Below, in pieces: positions 36,823-44,990 of a DNA stretch of 64,000 nucleotides. Each line of letters begins with the position of its first letter. The stretch's first letter is position 1. The notes beneath the pieces are model-generated. The model did not search any database and was not told the DNA's origin. It saw only the letters and a program-made list of their open reading frames with translations. Position numbers and translations under genes: made by a program. Origin of the DNA: Candidatus Daviesbacteria bacterium RIFCSPHIGHO2_12_FULL_37_16 (GTDB taxonomy: Bacteria > Patescibacteriota > Microgenomatia > Daviesbacterales > UBA10151); contig MFDF01000008.1 of NCBI GenBank assembly GCA_001776785.1, positions 103,097 through 167,096 on the forward strand. Reading direction: 5' to 3'.

Positions 36823-37548
36823 ATGGGTAGATTAAAATACATTTTAATGTCCTTCCTGGCCTTAGTAATATTCTCAAGCCCGGCATTGGCCCAGGCTGCA
36901 ACCCTTTCATTAAATCCTTCCGCAGGTACATTTAATAGGGGTTGTGTTTTAGGGGTCAATATTGAGCTTGATACTCAGGGCGGCCAAACTGATGGTACAG
37001 ATGTGATCCTAATTTTTGATCCCACAAAGCTTTCAGTTAAAACCTCTGATATTACAAATGGCAAAATTTATCAGGACTACCCTGGCAACTCTGTAGATGC
37101 CCAATCCGGCAAACTTTCTATATCGGGTATCTCCTCAGTTTCAGAACCCTTTACAGGCAAAGGCACTTTTGCCACAGTCCAATTTCATGTTTTGGAAAAT
37201 GCCCCAACTGGTGCAACTTTAATCAGGTTTGATTTTGATCCCAATGATAAAACCAAAACTACAGACACCAATGTAGTTGAAAGAGGCACAATAGCTGACC
37301 TGTTAAGTAGTGTAACTGATGGAAATTATACTGTTGGTACTGGTTCTTGTGTAAGCCAGGGTCAGGGCGCTGCTGGCACTACCATTGGGGGGCAGGGTCA
37401 GGTTGGTACAGTTTCTGCTACTCCCCTGCCTACTAAAGTTCCTTTAAAAGAGTTACCACAGGGAGGGATATTTGATAATACAATAATTATTGCAGCAATT
37501 GGTACAGTTTTAACTATTATTGGCATTGCAGGCCTGGCAATGCTGTAA
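36823..37548 (+). CDS. cohesin-like domain protein with cleavable signal peptide, Gly/Thr linker and C-terminal LPQGG + TM anchor
   Basis: Signal peptide MGRLKYILMSFLALVIFSSPALAQA. Cohesin-like GVNIELDTQGG...ILIFDPTKLSV...GTFATVQFHVLENAPTGATLIRFDFDPNDKTKTTDTNVVE. C-terminal KELPQGGIFDNTIIIAAIGTVLTIIGIAGLAML. The ORF track opens at 36748; I prefer the Met at 36823, which avoids overlap with the upstream gene. Confidence 0.6.
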   Translation: MGRLKYILMSFLALVIFSSPALAQAATLSLNPSAGTFNRGCVLGVNIELDTQGGQTDGTDVILIFDPTKLSVKTSDITNGKIYQDYPGNSVDAQSGKLSISGISSVSEPFTGKGTFATVQFHVLENAPTGATLIRFDFDPNDKTKTTDTNVVERGTIADLLSSVTDGNYTVGTGSCVSQGQGAAGTTIGGQGQVGTVSATPLPTKVPLKELPQGGIFDNTIIIAAIGTVLTIIGIAGLAML

Positions 37549-37572
37549 TTTTCTCACATCACACTTCTCAAT

Positions 37573-38499
37573 ATGACAAAATCCATCCCCTCCCTAATTA
37601 CTGACTTCTTAGAATATTTGGAGCTTGAACGCAACTCATCCCAGCGCACTATTAGAAATTACGACCATTACTTAAAAAGGTTTGCTGACTTTGCAGGGGA
37701 AATTACCCCAAAAGATATAAATCTGGAAGTTATAAGAAAATACAGGCTTCATCTTGCTAGATATACAGACCCTAAAACTAAAGCTCCCTTAAAAAGAAAA
37801 ACCCAAAACTTTTTTATGATTGCCTTAAGGGCATTTCTAAGGTATCTTACCAGGTTAGATATTCAAACCCTTTCTGCAGAAAAAGTTGAGCTTGGTGAGC
37901 AAGACCCCTCCCCACTTAAAGTTTTAGATGAAGAAAGCCTGCAAAGGCTTTTAGATGCTCCTGACACCTCTTCAAAAGAAGGGATCAGGGATAAAACTAT
38001 TTTAGAAATGCTTTTCTCAACAGGTCTGAGAGTCTCAGAGCTTGCCTCACTAAACAGGGAGCAGGTTAACTTAGACAGAAAGGAGTTTGGGGTTGTGGGC
38101 AAGGGTGGTAAGGAAAGAGTTGTCTTTTTATCAGATACAGCCTGTCAGTGGATAGAAAGGTACTTAATGATAAGAAAGGACAGTTTTAAGCCTCTTTTTA
38201 TCCGCTACCAGGGGCGTGTTGCCCCGGAAGATAATGGTGAGTATATGAGGCTTTCAACCCGCTCAATAGAAAGGATAGTAGAAAAATATGTTAAAGCTTG
38301 TGGACTCTCAGTTAAAGCTACTCCCCACACCCTGCGTCATAACTTTGCAACTGATCTTTTAATAAACGGAGCGGATATAAGAAGTGTTCAGGAAATGCTT
38401 GGTCATTCGAATATTTCAACAACCCAAATCTACACCCATGTCACCAACAAGCACTTAAAAGATGTTCACAAAGCCTTTCATTCTAAAAATAAGGAATAA
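37573..38499 (+). CDS. tyrosine recombinase, XerC/XerD-type
   Basis: N-terminal SAM-like core-binding domain (LEYLELERNSSQRTIRNY). Catalytic R...HTLRHNFATDLLINGADIRSVQEMLGHSNISTTQIYTHV with the terminal Tyr. Confidence 0.8.
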   Translation: MTKSIPSLITDFLEYLELERNSSQRTIRNYDHYLKRFADFAGEITPKDINLEVIRKYRLHLARYTDPKTKAPLKRKTQNFFMIALRAFLRYLTRLDIQTLSAEKVELGEQDPSPLKVLDEESLQRLLDAPDTSSKEGIRDKTILEMLFSTGLRVSELASLNREQVNLDRKEFGVVGKGGKERVVFLSDTACQWIERYLMIRKDSFKPLFIRYQGRVAPEDNGEYMRLSTRSIERIVEKYVKACGLSVKATPHTLRHNFATDLLINGADIRSVQEMLGHSNISTTQIYTHVTNKHLKDVHKAFHSKNKE

Positions 38500-38557
38500 A
38501 TTCCCACCTCGGGCGTGTGCTAGCTAGACACCCTGGGATATTTTCTAACAATCGTGC

Positions 38558-38908
38558 CTACTTCTTAGCTACATCTTTAGCTAGCATAGAAAGTACTGTT
38601 GAAACAACAGATAAAACAATAGCTGCAAGAATTGCTGGTAATACCCCCTCAATTGTTAACCCTGGTACTATTGCTGCTGCTAACCATAAAATTACTGCAT
38701 TTATAACAAAGGTAAAAAGTCCCAAAGTTAAAATATTTAAAGGCAGGGTTAAAAGTAAAAGTATAGGTTTGATAAAAGTATTTATTACTCCTAAAATAAT
38801 TGCTGCTAAAATAGCTGTTGCAAAACTATCTACTCTAAATCCTGGTACAATATAGGCTGTGATAATTAGCGCTGCTGCATTAAGTAAAAGTGCTATTAAT
38901 AAATTCAT
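38558..38908 (-). CDS. DUF360 / phage-holin-4_2 family membrane protein (YvlD-like)
   Basis: LNAAALIITAYIVPGFRVDSFATAILAAIILGVINTFIKPIL...LTLGLFTFVINAVILWLAAAIVPGLTIEG matches the family pattern. The plus-strand ORF 38517..38855 is antisense noise. Confidence 0.5.
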   Translation of the reverse strand: MNLLIALLLNAAALIITAYIVPGFRVDSFATAILAAIILGVINTFIKPILLLLTLPLNILTLGLFTFVINAVILWLAAAIVPGLTIEGVLPAILAAIVLSVVSTVLSMLAKDVAKK

Positions 38909-38979
38909 ACTTCACCTCCCAATTTATTGTACTCACAACCACAGTTCTCGAGTCAAGGACTTTCTGGTAAGATGGTAGT

Positions 38980-39543
38980 ATGGATACAAAGGACAAAAAA
39001 CTTCTCCTTGATGCATTAATTTTGATACTATCTGTTACCTTTGCAGTCTGGACTATTAATTCAGGTTTTATAGATAAAGTATTTGAAACACTCCTACCAG
39101 TTCAGTTTTTAGCAGAATTCTTTGCAGGCATGCTCTTTACCTCTTTTTTGACCACTCCCCTTTCCCTGGCCTTTATTTATGTTTTATCAGAAAATACAAA
39201 CCCAATGGTTATTGCACTTGTTGGTGCTTTAGGGGCTGCAGCTGGGGATTTCTTCATAGTAAAACTTTTTAGGGATTCAATTTTTCAGGATTTCTCCACA
39301 CTCTCCAGAGACTTAAAGTTAAAAAGATTTCTGCATTTTTTCAGGCATTCCCATTTCAACCATTTAGCCCCCCTGATGGGGATGCTGGTTATTGCATCCC
39401 CATTCCCTGATGAAATAGGTTTGATGCTTTTAAGTGCCAGCAAACTCCAATACTCCCAACTTTTTCTGCTAACATATTTATTGAATGCATTGGGAATTTT
39501 TCTTTTTGCCAGTTCTTTTAACCTGCTCATATGGAAAATGTAG
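38980..39543 (+). CDS. hypothetical membrane protein
   Basis: 4-5 hydrophobic helices. Confidence 0.35.
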   Translation: MDTKDKKLLLDALILILSVTFAVWTINSGFIDKVFETLLPVQFLAEFFAGMLFTSFLTTPLSLAFIYVLSENTNPMVIALVGALGAAAGDFFIVKLFRDSIFQDFSTLSRDLKLKRFLHFFRHSHFNHLAPLMGMLVIASPFPDEIGLMLLSASKLQYSQLFLLTYLLNALGIFLFASSFNLLIWKM

Positions 39544-41912
39544 GATTAACATCTGTTCAGGCAAGAGAAAGACTTGCCCAATACGGTCTAAACCAATTGC
39601 CCGGCAAATCCGGGTCTAACATCTTGTTCCTGCTGCTTTCCCAATTTAATAACTTCCTGGTCTGGCTTTTGCTTGCAGCAGCTGGGTTATCTTTTTTTGT
39701 AGGAGACTTTATAGACGGCTTTTTAATTCTGGTTATTCTTCTTTTAAATAGCGCATTAGGTTTTTGGCAGGAATTTAAAGCCTCTAAAGAACTTGAAGCT
39801 TTGCGGGCAATGGAAGTTTCAGTAAGCAGGGTTTTGAGGGATGGTACCCAAATTGAAATTTCCTCATATGAAATTGTCCCGGGTGATGTAGTTATTGTAG
39901 AAAGTGGTGACAAAATCCCTGCTGATGGCCATCTGATTGAATCCTTTGACCTTGCTGCCAATGAAGCGGCATTAACAGGAGAATCACTTCCTGTTGCCAA
40001 AACTGCCTCCAAAGATGATGGGGTTTTATATTTTGGATCAACAGTTTCTTCAGGAAGGGGGAAAATTCTAATTGAACAAACAGGTATAAATACCCGCTTT
40101 GGTAAAATTGCCCTGACACTTTCAAACATTTTAGAAGAACCCACTCCCCTTGAAAACTCCCTAAAAGACCTGGCTTTAAAAATTGGGATTCTGGCAGTAA
40201 TTATCTCCATATTTCTGGCAGCCCTAAGATATTTTCAGGGAGAGCAAATTCTGGAGGTAATATTTACCTCAATCGCCATGATGGTGGCAGCAGTTCCGGA
40301 AGGGCTCCCCGCAGTTATAACAGTCCTTTTAGCTTTAGGTGTCAGAAGAATGTATAAGAAAAAAACAATAGTTAGAAAACTATCCGCAATAGAATCTTTA
40401 GGTGCAACCTCTGTTGTCTTAACAGATAAAACAGGAACCTTAACTAAAAACCAGATGTCTGTTAGAAAAATTTTTACAGATAAGTCAAATCTTTCAGAGA
40501 TGTTAAGAGGCTCTGTTATCTGCAACAGTGCTTCCCTTGTAATGAAAGAGGACTTGCCTGGCCGGCAGGCAGGCCATGGAGGTTATGATATTTTAGGTGA
40601 CACCACAGAAGGTGCTCTATTAATTTATGCAAAAAATAAAGGTTTGGATATAGAAGAAGTCCGTTCTTCTGGAAAGATAGAAATGGAGCTGCCCTTTGAT
40701 TTAAAAAGAAGAAGGATGAGTGTACTTTGGGCTGAAGGAAATAAATTATCACTCTTTTGCAAAGGTGCTCCCGAAGTTATCTTATCTCTTTGTAAGCTTA
40801 CTCCTTCAAAACACAAAGAATTAACTACAATTTTTGAAACTTTTGCCAAAGAAGGATTAAGGGTAATTGCGGTTGCCAAGAGGGATAATTTAGTTAAAGG
40901 TGTAGAAAAAGATTTGGAAAAAAATCTTAAGTTTTTAGGTTTTATAGCTATTGCAGATGCTCCAAGGGAAGAAGCAAGTTTGCAAATTGAAAAATTAACA
41001 AAAGCCGGAATCGCAGTAGTTATGATTACGGGAGACAATGAGTTAACGGCTAAAGCCATAGCGGAAGAGGTTGGTCTTTTAAGGATGGGAGATGAAGTTA
41101 TGACTGGCGCACAGCTCGATGAACTCTCAGATGATAAGCTTCTGGAAAAACTTCCAACCATTAAAGTTTTTGCAAGAGTAGTCCCTGAACACAAACTAAG
41201 GGTTGTTACTGCTTACCAACAGTTAGGAAAAGTTGTGGCAGTCACAGGAGATGGGGTCAATGATGCACTTGCCCTAAAAGCAGCCCATGTTGGCATAGCC
41301 ATGGGAGATACAGGGACTGATGTGGCCAAGCAGGCAGCAGACATAGTTATCCTTGATGATAATCTAACTACTATTGTTGATGCTGTTGAGCAGGGAAGGT
41401 TAATATATTCAAACATTATAAAAACAGTCAAATTTTTAATGACAGGAAATCTTTCTGAAGTTCTGGTTATTGTAGGAGCAGCAGTAATAGGGTTCCCCAC
41501 TCCCCTCCTGCCTGCCCAAATATTGTGGATTAACTTTGTTACAGACGGCTTCCCTGCCCTGGCCTTATCTGCAGATGAAGCCTCAGATCACATTATGAGG
41601 GCAAGCCCAAGAGATCCAAATAAATCTATATTAGATCAAAGCAGTTTGAAATTTATTCTTGGTTTTGGAATTTCCATAGCTGTAATTAATTTAGCTGGTT
41701 TTACTTATCTGTATAACTTTTATAATTTAGATGCTGCCCGCTCATTTGTCTTTACAGGAATAGTTATTACTCAAATGATAATGATTTTTATAATGCGCCG
41801 CCACCACTCAATTTGGTCTAATAAATACTTACTAGCAGCAGTTGGATTTGTCCTTCTAATGCAGCTTGCTATCATAACTATTCCCCAGCTGAGAGTACTT
41901 TTTAGTCTTTGA
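39531..41912 (+). CDS. P-type ATPase, type IIA (Ca2+/cation-transporting)
   Basis: Cation-ATPase N-terminus MENVGLTSVQARERLAQYGLNQLP, phosphorylation site DKTGTLT, hinge TGDGVNDALALKAAHVGIAMG, PEGL motif (AAVPEGLP). Confidence 0.85.
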   Translation: MENVGLTSVQARERLAQYGLNQLPGKSGSNILFLLLSQFNNFLVWLLLAAAGLSFFVGDFIDGFLILVILLLNSALGFWQEFKASKELEALRAMEVSVSRVLRDGTQIEISSYEIVPGDVVIVESGDKIPADGHLIESFDLAANEAALTGESLPVAKTASKDDGVLYFGSTVSSGRGKILIEQTGINTRFGKIALTLSNILEEPTPLENSLKDLALKIGILAVIISIFLAALRYFQGEQILEVIFTSIAMMVAAVPEGLPAVITVLLALGVRRMYKKKTIVRKLSAIESLGATSVVLTDKTGTLTKNQMSVRKIFTDKSNLSEMLRGSVICNSASLVMKEDLPGRQAGHGGYDILGDTTEGALLIYAKNKGLDIEEVRSSGKIEMELPFDLKRRRMSVLWAEGNKLSLFCKGAPEVILSLCKLTPSKHKELTTIFETFAKEGLRVIAVAKRDNLVKGVEKDLEKNLKFLGFIAIADAPREEASLQIEKLTKAGIAVVMITGDNELTAKAIAEEVGLLRMGDEVMTGAQLDELSDDKLLEKLPTIKVFARVVPEHKLRVVTAYQQLGKVVAVTGDGVNDALALKAAHVGIAMGDTGTDVAKQAADIVILDDNLTTIVDAVEQGRLIYSNIIKTVKFLMTGNLSEVLVIVGAAVIGFPTPLLPAQILWINFVTDGFPALALSADEASDHIMRASPRDPNKSILDQSSLKFILGFGISIAVINLAGFTYLYNFYNLDAARSFVFTGIVITQMIMIFIMRRHHSIWSNKYLLAAVGFVLLMQLAIITIPQLRVLFSL

Positions 41913-42771
41913 GAGAATTAAGAATTTTAACATTCTCCTCATCTGGGCCATTTCCTGAAAATCCAGGTACTTCTAAAATAAAAGAAATATCTTTAAGTTT
42001 GGGGTGGTTTATTAAATTTTTAAAACCATCAATTCCAATAAAACCTTCACCAATATTTGCATGTCTGTCTATATGTGAATTAAGTTCTGTTTTAGAATCA
42101 TTAGCATGAATTGCAGCTAAATTGGAAAGTCCAATTTCTTTATCAAACTCCTCTAAAGTTTTATCTATTCCCTCAGCAGTTTTTAAATCATATCCTGCAG
42201 CAAAAGCATGCTGGGTATCCATGCAAACTTTCAGTCTGTCATCCTGAACTTGTTTCAGGATCTCTCCCATTTCTGAAAATTTATCTCCAATTACATTTCC
42301 AGCCCCGGCTGTTGTTTCAAGTATAAGCAAAGGCCCGCCATCCACGTTCCCACTCGACATGTGGGAACTCGTTTCATTTAAAATCTTCTTTAATGCCTCA
42401 GTAACTTGGGGTAAAATTTGATGGTAACCTACACCCTTATGAGAGCCTAAATGAAAAATAACTCCCTCGATCCCAAGCTTATCTGCATAGGACAGCGCAT
42501 ATTTAAGCCACTCAATGGATTTTTCTAAATGTTCAGGGTTTGGAGTTCCTAAATTTATTAAATATGTCCCATGGATAAAATTTGGCCTAATCCCTGTTTT
42601 ACTCTTAATATCCTTATATCTTAATATCTCTTCTTTCCCATGTTCAGTAAATCCCCACTTTCTTGGTGGGGAAATAAAAATTTGGGTACACTGCGCCCCA
42701 ATATTTTTTGCCTTTTCAAAACTAGTTTCTAAGGATACTGCTGCACTAACATGCGCTCCAACCTTTGGCAT
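41902..42771 (-). CDS. nfo: endonuclease IV (AP endonuclease family 2)
   Basis: MPKVGAHVS...GIEGVIFHLGSH...LILETTAG..., a TIM-barrel Nfo pattern. Convergent 11-bp overlap with the ATPase. Confidence 0.75.
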   Translation of the reverse strand: MPKVGAHVSAAVSLETSFEKAKNIGAQCTQIFISPPRKWGFTEHGKEEILRYKDIKSKTGIRPNFIHGTYLINLGTPNPEHLEKSIEWLKYALSYADKLGIEGVIFHLGSHKGVGYHQILPQVTEALKKILNETSSHMSSGNVDGGPLLILETTAGAGNVIGDKFSEMGEILKQVQDDRLKVCMDTQHAFAAGYDLKTAEGIDKTLEEFDKEIGLSNLAAIHANDSKTELNSHIDRHANIGEGFIGIDGFKNLINHPKLKDISFILEVPGFSGNGPDEENVKILNSLKD

Positions 42772-43664
42772 TAATGTATTTCCCCTGATATTTCTGTCCC
42801 AATAAACTCTGGATTAAAGGTATTCTTTACTCTTAAAACTATTTTAGTATCCATCAAAGGCTCAACAGTTTTTTCGTATAAAACCCTAGCTCCATTTCTG
42901 GCCATTATATCAGCTTCTTCATACGTCAGGTGAGGTATTATTCGAGCATTAGGATCCTTAGCAGGATCAGTTGAATATACTCCATCAACATCTGTCCAAA
43001 TCCAAACTTCTTTTGCATCTAGAACTCTTCCCAATATTGAAGCTGTGTAATCCGATCCTCCCCTCCCCAAAGTTGTAGGCCTATAATCTTTGGTGGCCCC
43101 CACAAAGCCCGTTACAATCGGCACAACCCCTTTTGCCAGAAGTGAGAGAACCTTCCTCTTGCTATAAATTTCTGTTTTTTCAATATCAGGATTAGCATTC
43201 CCAAAATTATTATCTGTCTCAATAATTTCCGTTGCATCCACAGCTTCAGATTTAATTCCTTGGTAATTTAATGCACTAGCAACAATATGGCAATTAATCC
43301 TTTCCCCCAGCCCTGTAATTAAATCTTTTACTTCCGGAGTAAACCTTGTTGTTCTGCAGGTATTAGCCAGTGTATCAAAATAGAACTTTAAATGATCTTC
43401 TAGAGAATCTTTGTATGGTCGTGAGAGCTCAAGATCCCCAATCACTAAATTATGCTTTGAGGTAATATCTTCAAGCTCAAGTTCAACATCCTGTGGTTTG
43501 TCGCTCTCCAGATAGTTACATACTCTAACTAGAGAGTCTGTAACTCCTCTTATTGCAGAGACAACTACAACAATATCCCCAACCTCTGCTCTCTCATTTG
43601 CAATAATCCTTCCTGTTTTTTCAATCGCTTGAGCGTTTCCAACAGAAGTTCCGCCAAACTTCAT
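42771..43664 (-). CDS. aspartate kinase, catalytic (amino-acid-kinase) domain only; no ACT regulatory domains
   Basis: VMKFGGTSVGNAQAIEK... and C-terminal GARVLYEKTVEPLMDTKIVLRVKNTFNPEFIGTEI. The ORF track extends to a TTG at 43733. The ATG at 43664, preceded by GAAGGAA, matches the family N-terminus, and a terminator hairpin lies at 43735-43757. Confidence 0.55.
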   Translation of the reverse strand: MKFGGTSVGNAQAIEKTGRIIANERAEVGDIVVVVSAIRGVTDSLVRVCNYLESDKPQDVELELEDITSKHNLVIGDLELSRPYKDSLEDHLKFYFDTLANTCRTTRFTPEVKDLITGLGERINCHIVASALNYQGIKSEAVDATEIIETDNNFGNANPDIEKTEIYSKRKVLSLLAKGVVPIVTGFVGATKDYRPTTLGRGGSDYTASILGRVLDAKEVWIWTDVDGVYSTDPAKDPNARIIPHLTYEEADIMARNGARVLYEKTVEPLMDTKIVLRVKNTFNPEFIGTEISGEIH

Positions 43665-43734
43665 AACATAAATTCCTTCATGTTTTAACTCTTCGTTTAG
43701 ACTATCAGACTTTATTTCAATCATAATTCCCAAT

Positions 43735-43757
43735 AAAAAACCCCTCTTAAAGAGGGG
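43735..43757 (-). terminator. rho-independent terminator-like hairpin downstream of the M20 peptidase gene
   Basis: On the minus strand CCCCTCTTtAAGAGGGG is followed by TTTTTT. Confidence 0.4.
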
Positions 43758-43883
43758 TAAGTTTTGCTAAAAAAACTACTGCCCCTCAGAAGAGAGTTTT
43801 TGCAGTTTTTTTAGTTGTTTTTCCAAAGTTATTCATTTTAGAATATTCTGATTCTAGTTCTTAAATCAATTATTGTCAATTAT

Positions 43884-44987
43884 TTAAAGTTTAGTCAAAT
43901 TACTCAAAAACTCTTCCTGCATCTTATTTAATTGATCAAAACTTTTAATCTCTAAATATTCATTATTAGTGTGTTCATTCCCTCCTTTGGTCCCCCAAGT
44001 AATTACTGGTATTCCCAATGTTGCCAAAACATTTTCATCCCCGACAGAGCTTCTGTAAACATATTCAACTTTTTTACCAATTCTTTTTTCAATAATTTCT
44101 TCGATCATTTCTTTAAATGGATAATCTTTAAATAGATACGGATCTAAATAAGGAGTTTTTCTATCCTTAAGTCTAATCTGGACACTTTCGTCAATTTGAT
44201 TTAACTTTTCTAATACACTTTTTTCAGTATCTCCAAAACCTAACAAAACTTCAATCTCGCAAGTAGCCAATGCAGGAACACTCATACCCACTGACTCCCC
44301 GCTTATTTTTCTGATTTGTATCCTGGAGTATTTTGATTCAAATAAAGACTTTTCTAGATCGTAAACCTTGCTCATAAATCCGGTTAGCTTATTAATAGAA
44401 TCAATTCCCTCGCTTTGATTAAATAGATGGGCTGCCTTCCCTGCGACTGTTACTTCAAAAACTCTCCTTCCAACTCTCCCATTAGTTAAAGAATTCAACT
44501 GGGCATTCATTGTAGGTTCTGATGCGATTATTAAATTTACATCTTTAAAAAATTCAGGCTTTTTTTCTAAAACAGTCCAAGCGCCTTCAGATATATTTTC
44601 CTCGTCTACAGACAGCAATATTTTTATATATCCTGGAAAGTTTTTTAATGCAGTTAAAAATGAAGAAATTCCACTCTTCATATCAGATACGCCAAGTCCG
44701 TAATAATTATTTCCTTTTTGGGTTAGTTTGAATGGATCTGTATTCCATTCTTCTGAATTTACTACGCCGACAGTATCTAAATGACCATAAAATAAAATGG
44801 CAGTATCTCCCTTTCCCCTCTTTGCTAAAATATTTTTTCGACCATTTCCTATATCAACAACATCAATATCAAAATTTAAATCTTTTAATAAATCAATACA
44901 GAAATTAGAGATTTCTTCTTCGTTGGGATATACAGAATTAATCTCTACTAATTTTTTAAGAAGTTCGTGATGGGTTAGAGTTCTCAT
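43884..44987 (-). CDS. M20-family metallopeptidase (ArgE/DapE-like deacylase)
   Basis: ILFYGHLDTVGV metal-binding motif, GLGVSDMKSG, 367 aa. Confidence 0.7.
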   Translation of the reverse strand: MRTLTHHELLKKLVEINSVYPNEEEISNFCIDLLKDLNFDIDVVDIGNGRKNILAKRGKGDTAILFYGHLDTVGVVNSEEWNTDPFKLTQKGNNYYGLGVSDMKSGISSFLTALKNFPGYIKILLSVDEENISEGAWTVLEKKPEFFKDVNLIIASEPTMNAQLNSLTNGRVGRRVFEVTVAGKAAHLFNQSEGIDSINKLTGFMSKVYDLEKSLFESKYSRIQIRKISGESVGMSVPALATCEIEVLLGFGDTEKSVLEKLNQIDESVQIRLKDRKTPYLDPYLFKDYPFKEMIEEIIEKRIGKKVEYVYRSSVGDENVLATLGIPVITWGTKGGNEHTNNEYLEIKSFDQLNKMQEEFLSNLTKL

Positions 44988-44990
44988 ATG

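Noticed and set aside
38517-38855. Plus-strand 112-aa ORF overlapping the DUF360/holin-like gene
   Set aside because: It is the mirror of the Ala/Ile/Leu-rich membrane protein. The minus-strand product matches a known family pattern and the plus-strand one does not.
39557-41500. Several minus-strand ORFs (217, 189, 96, 95, 78, 77 aa) inside the P-type ATPase gene
   Set aside because: They are antisense to a gene with unambiguous P-type ATPase motifs. Ser/Ala-rich composition is typical of antisense frames.
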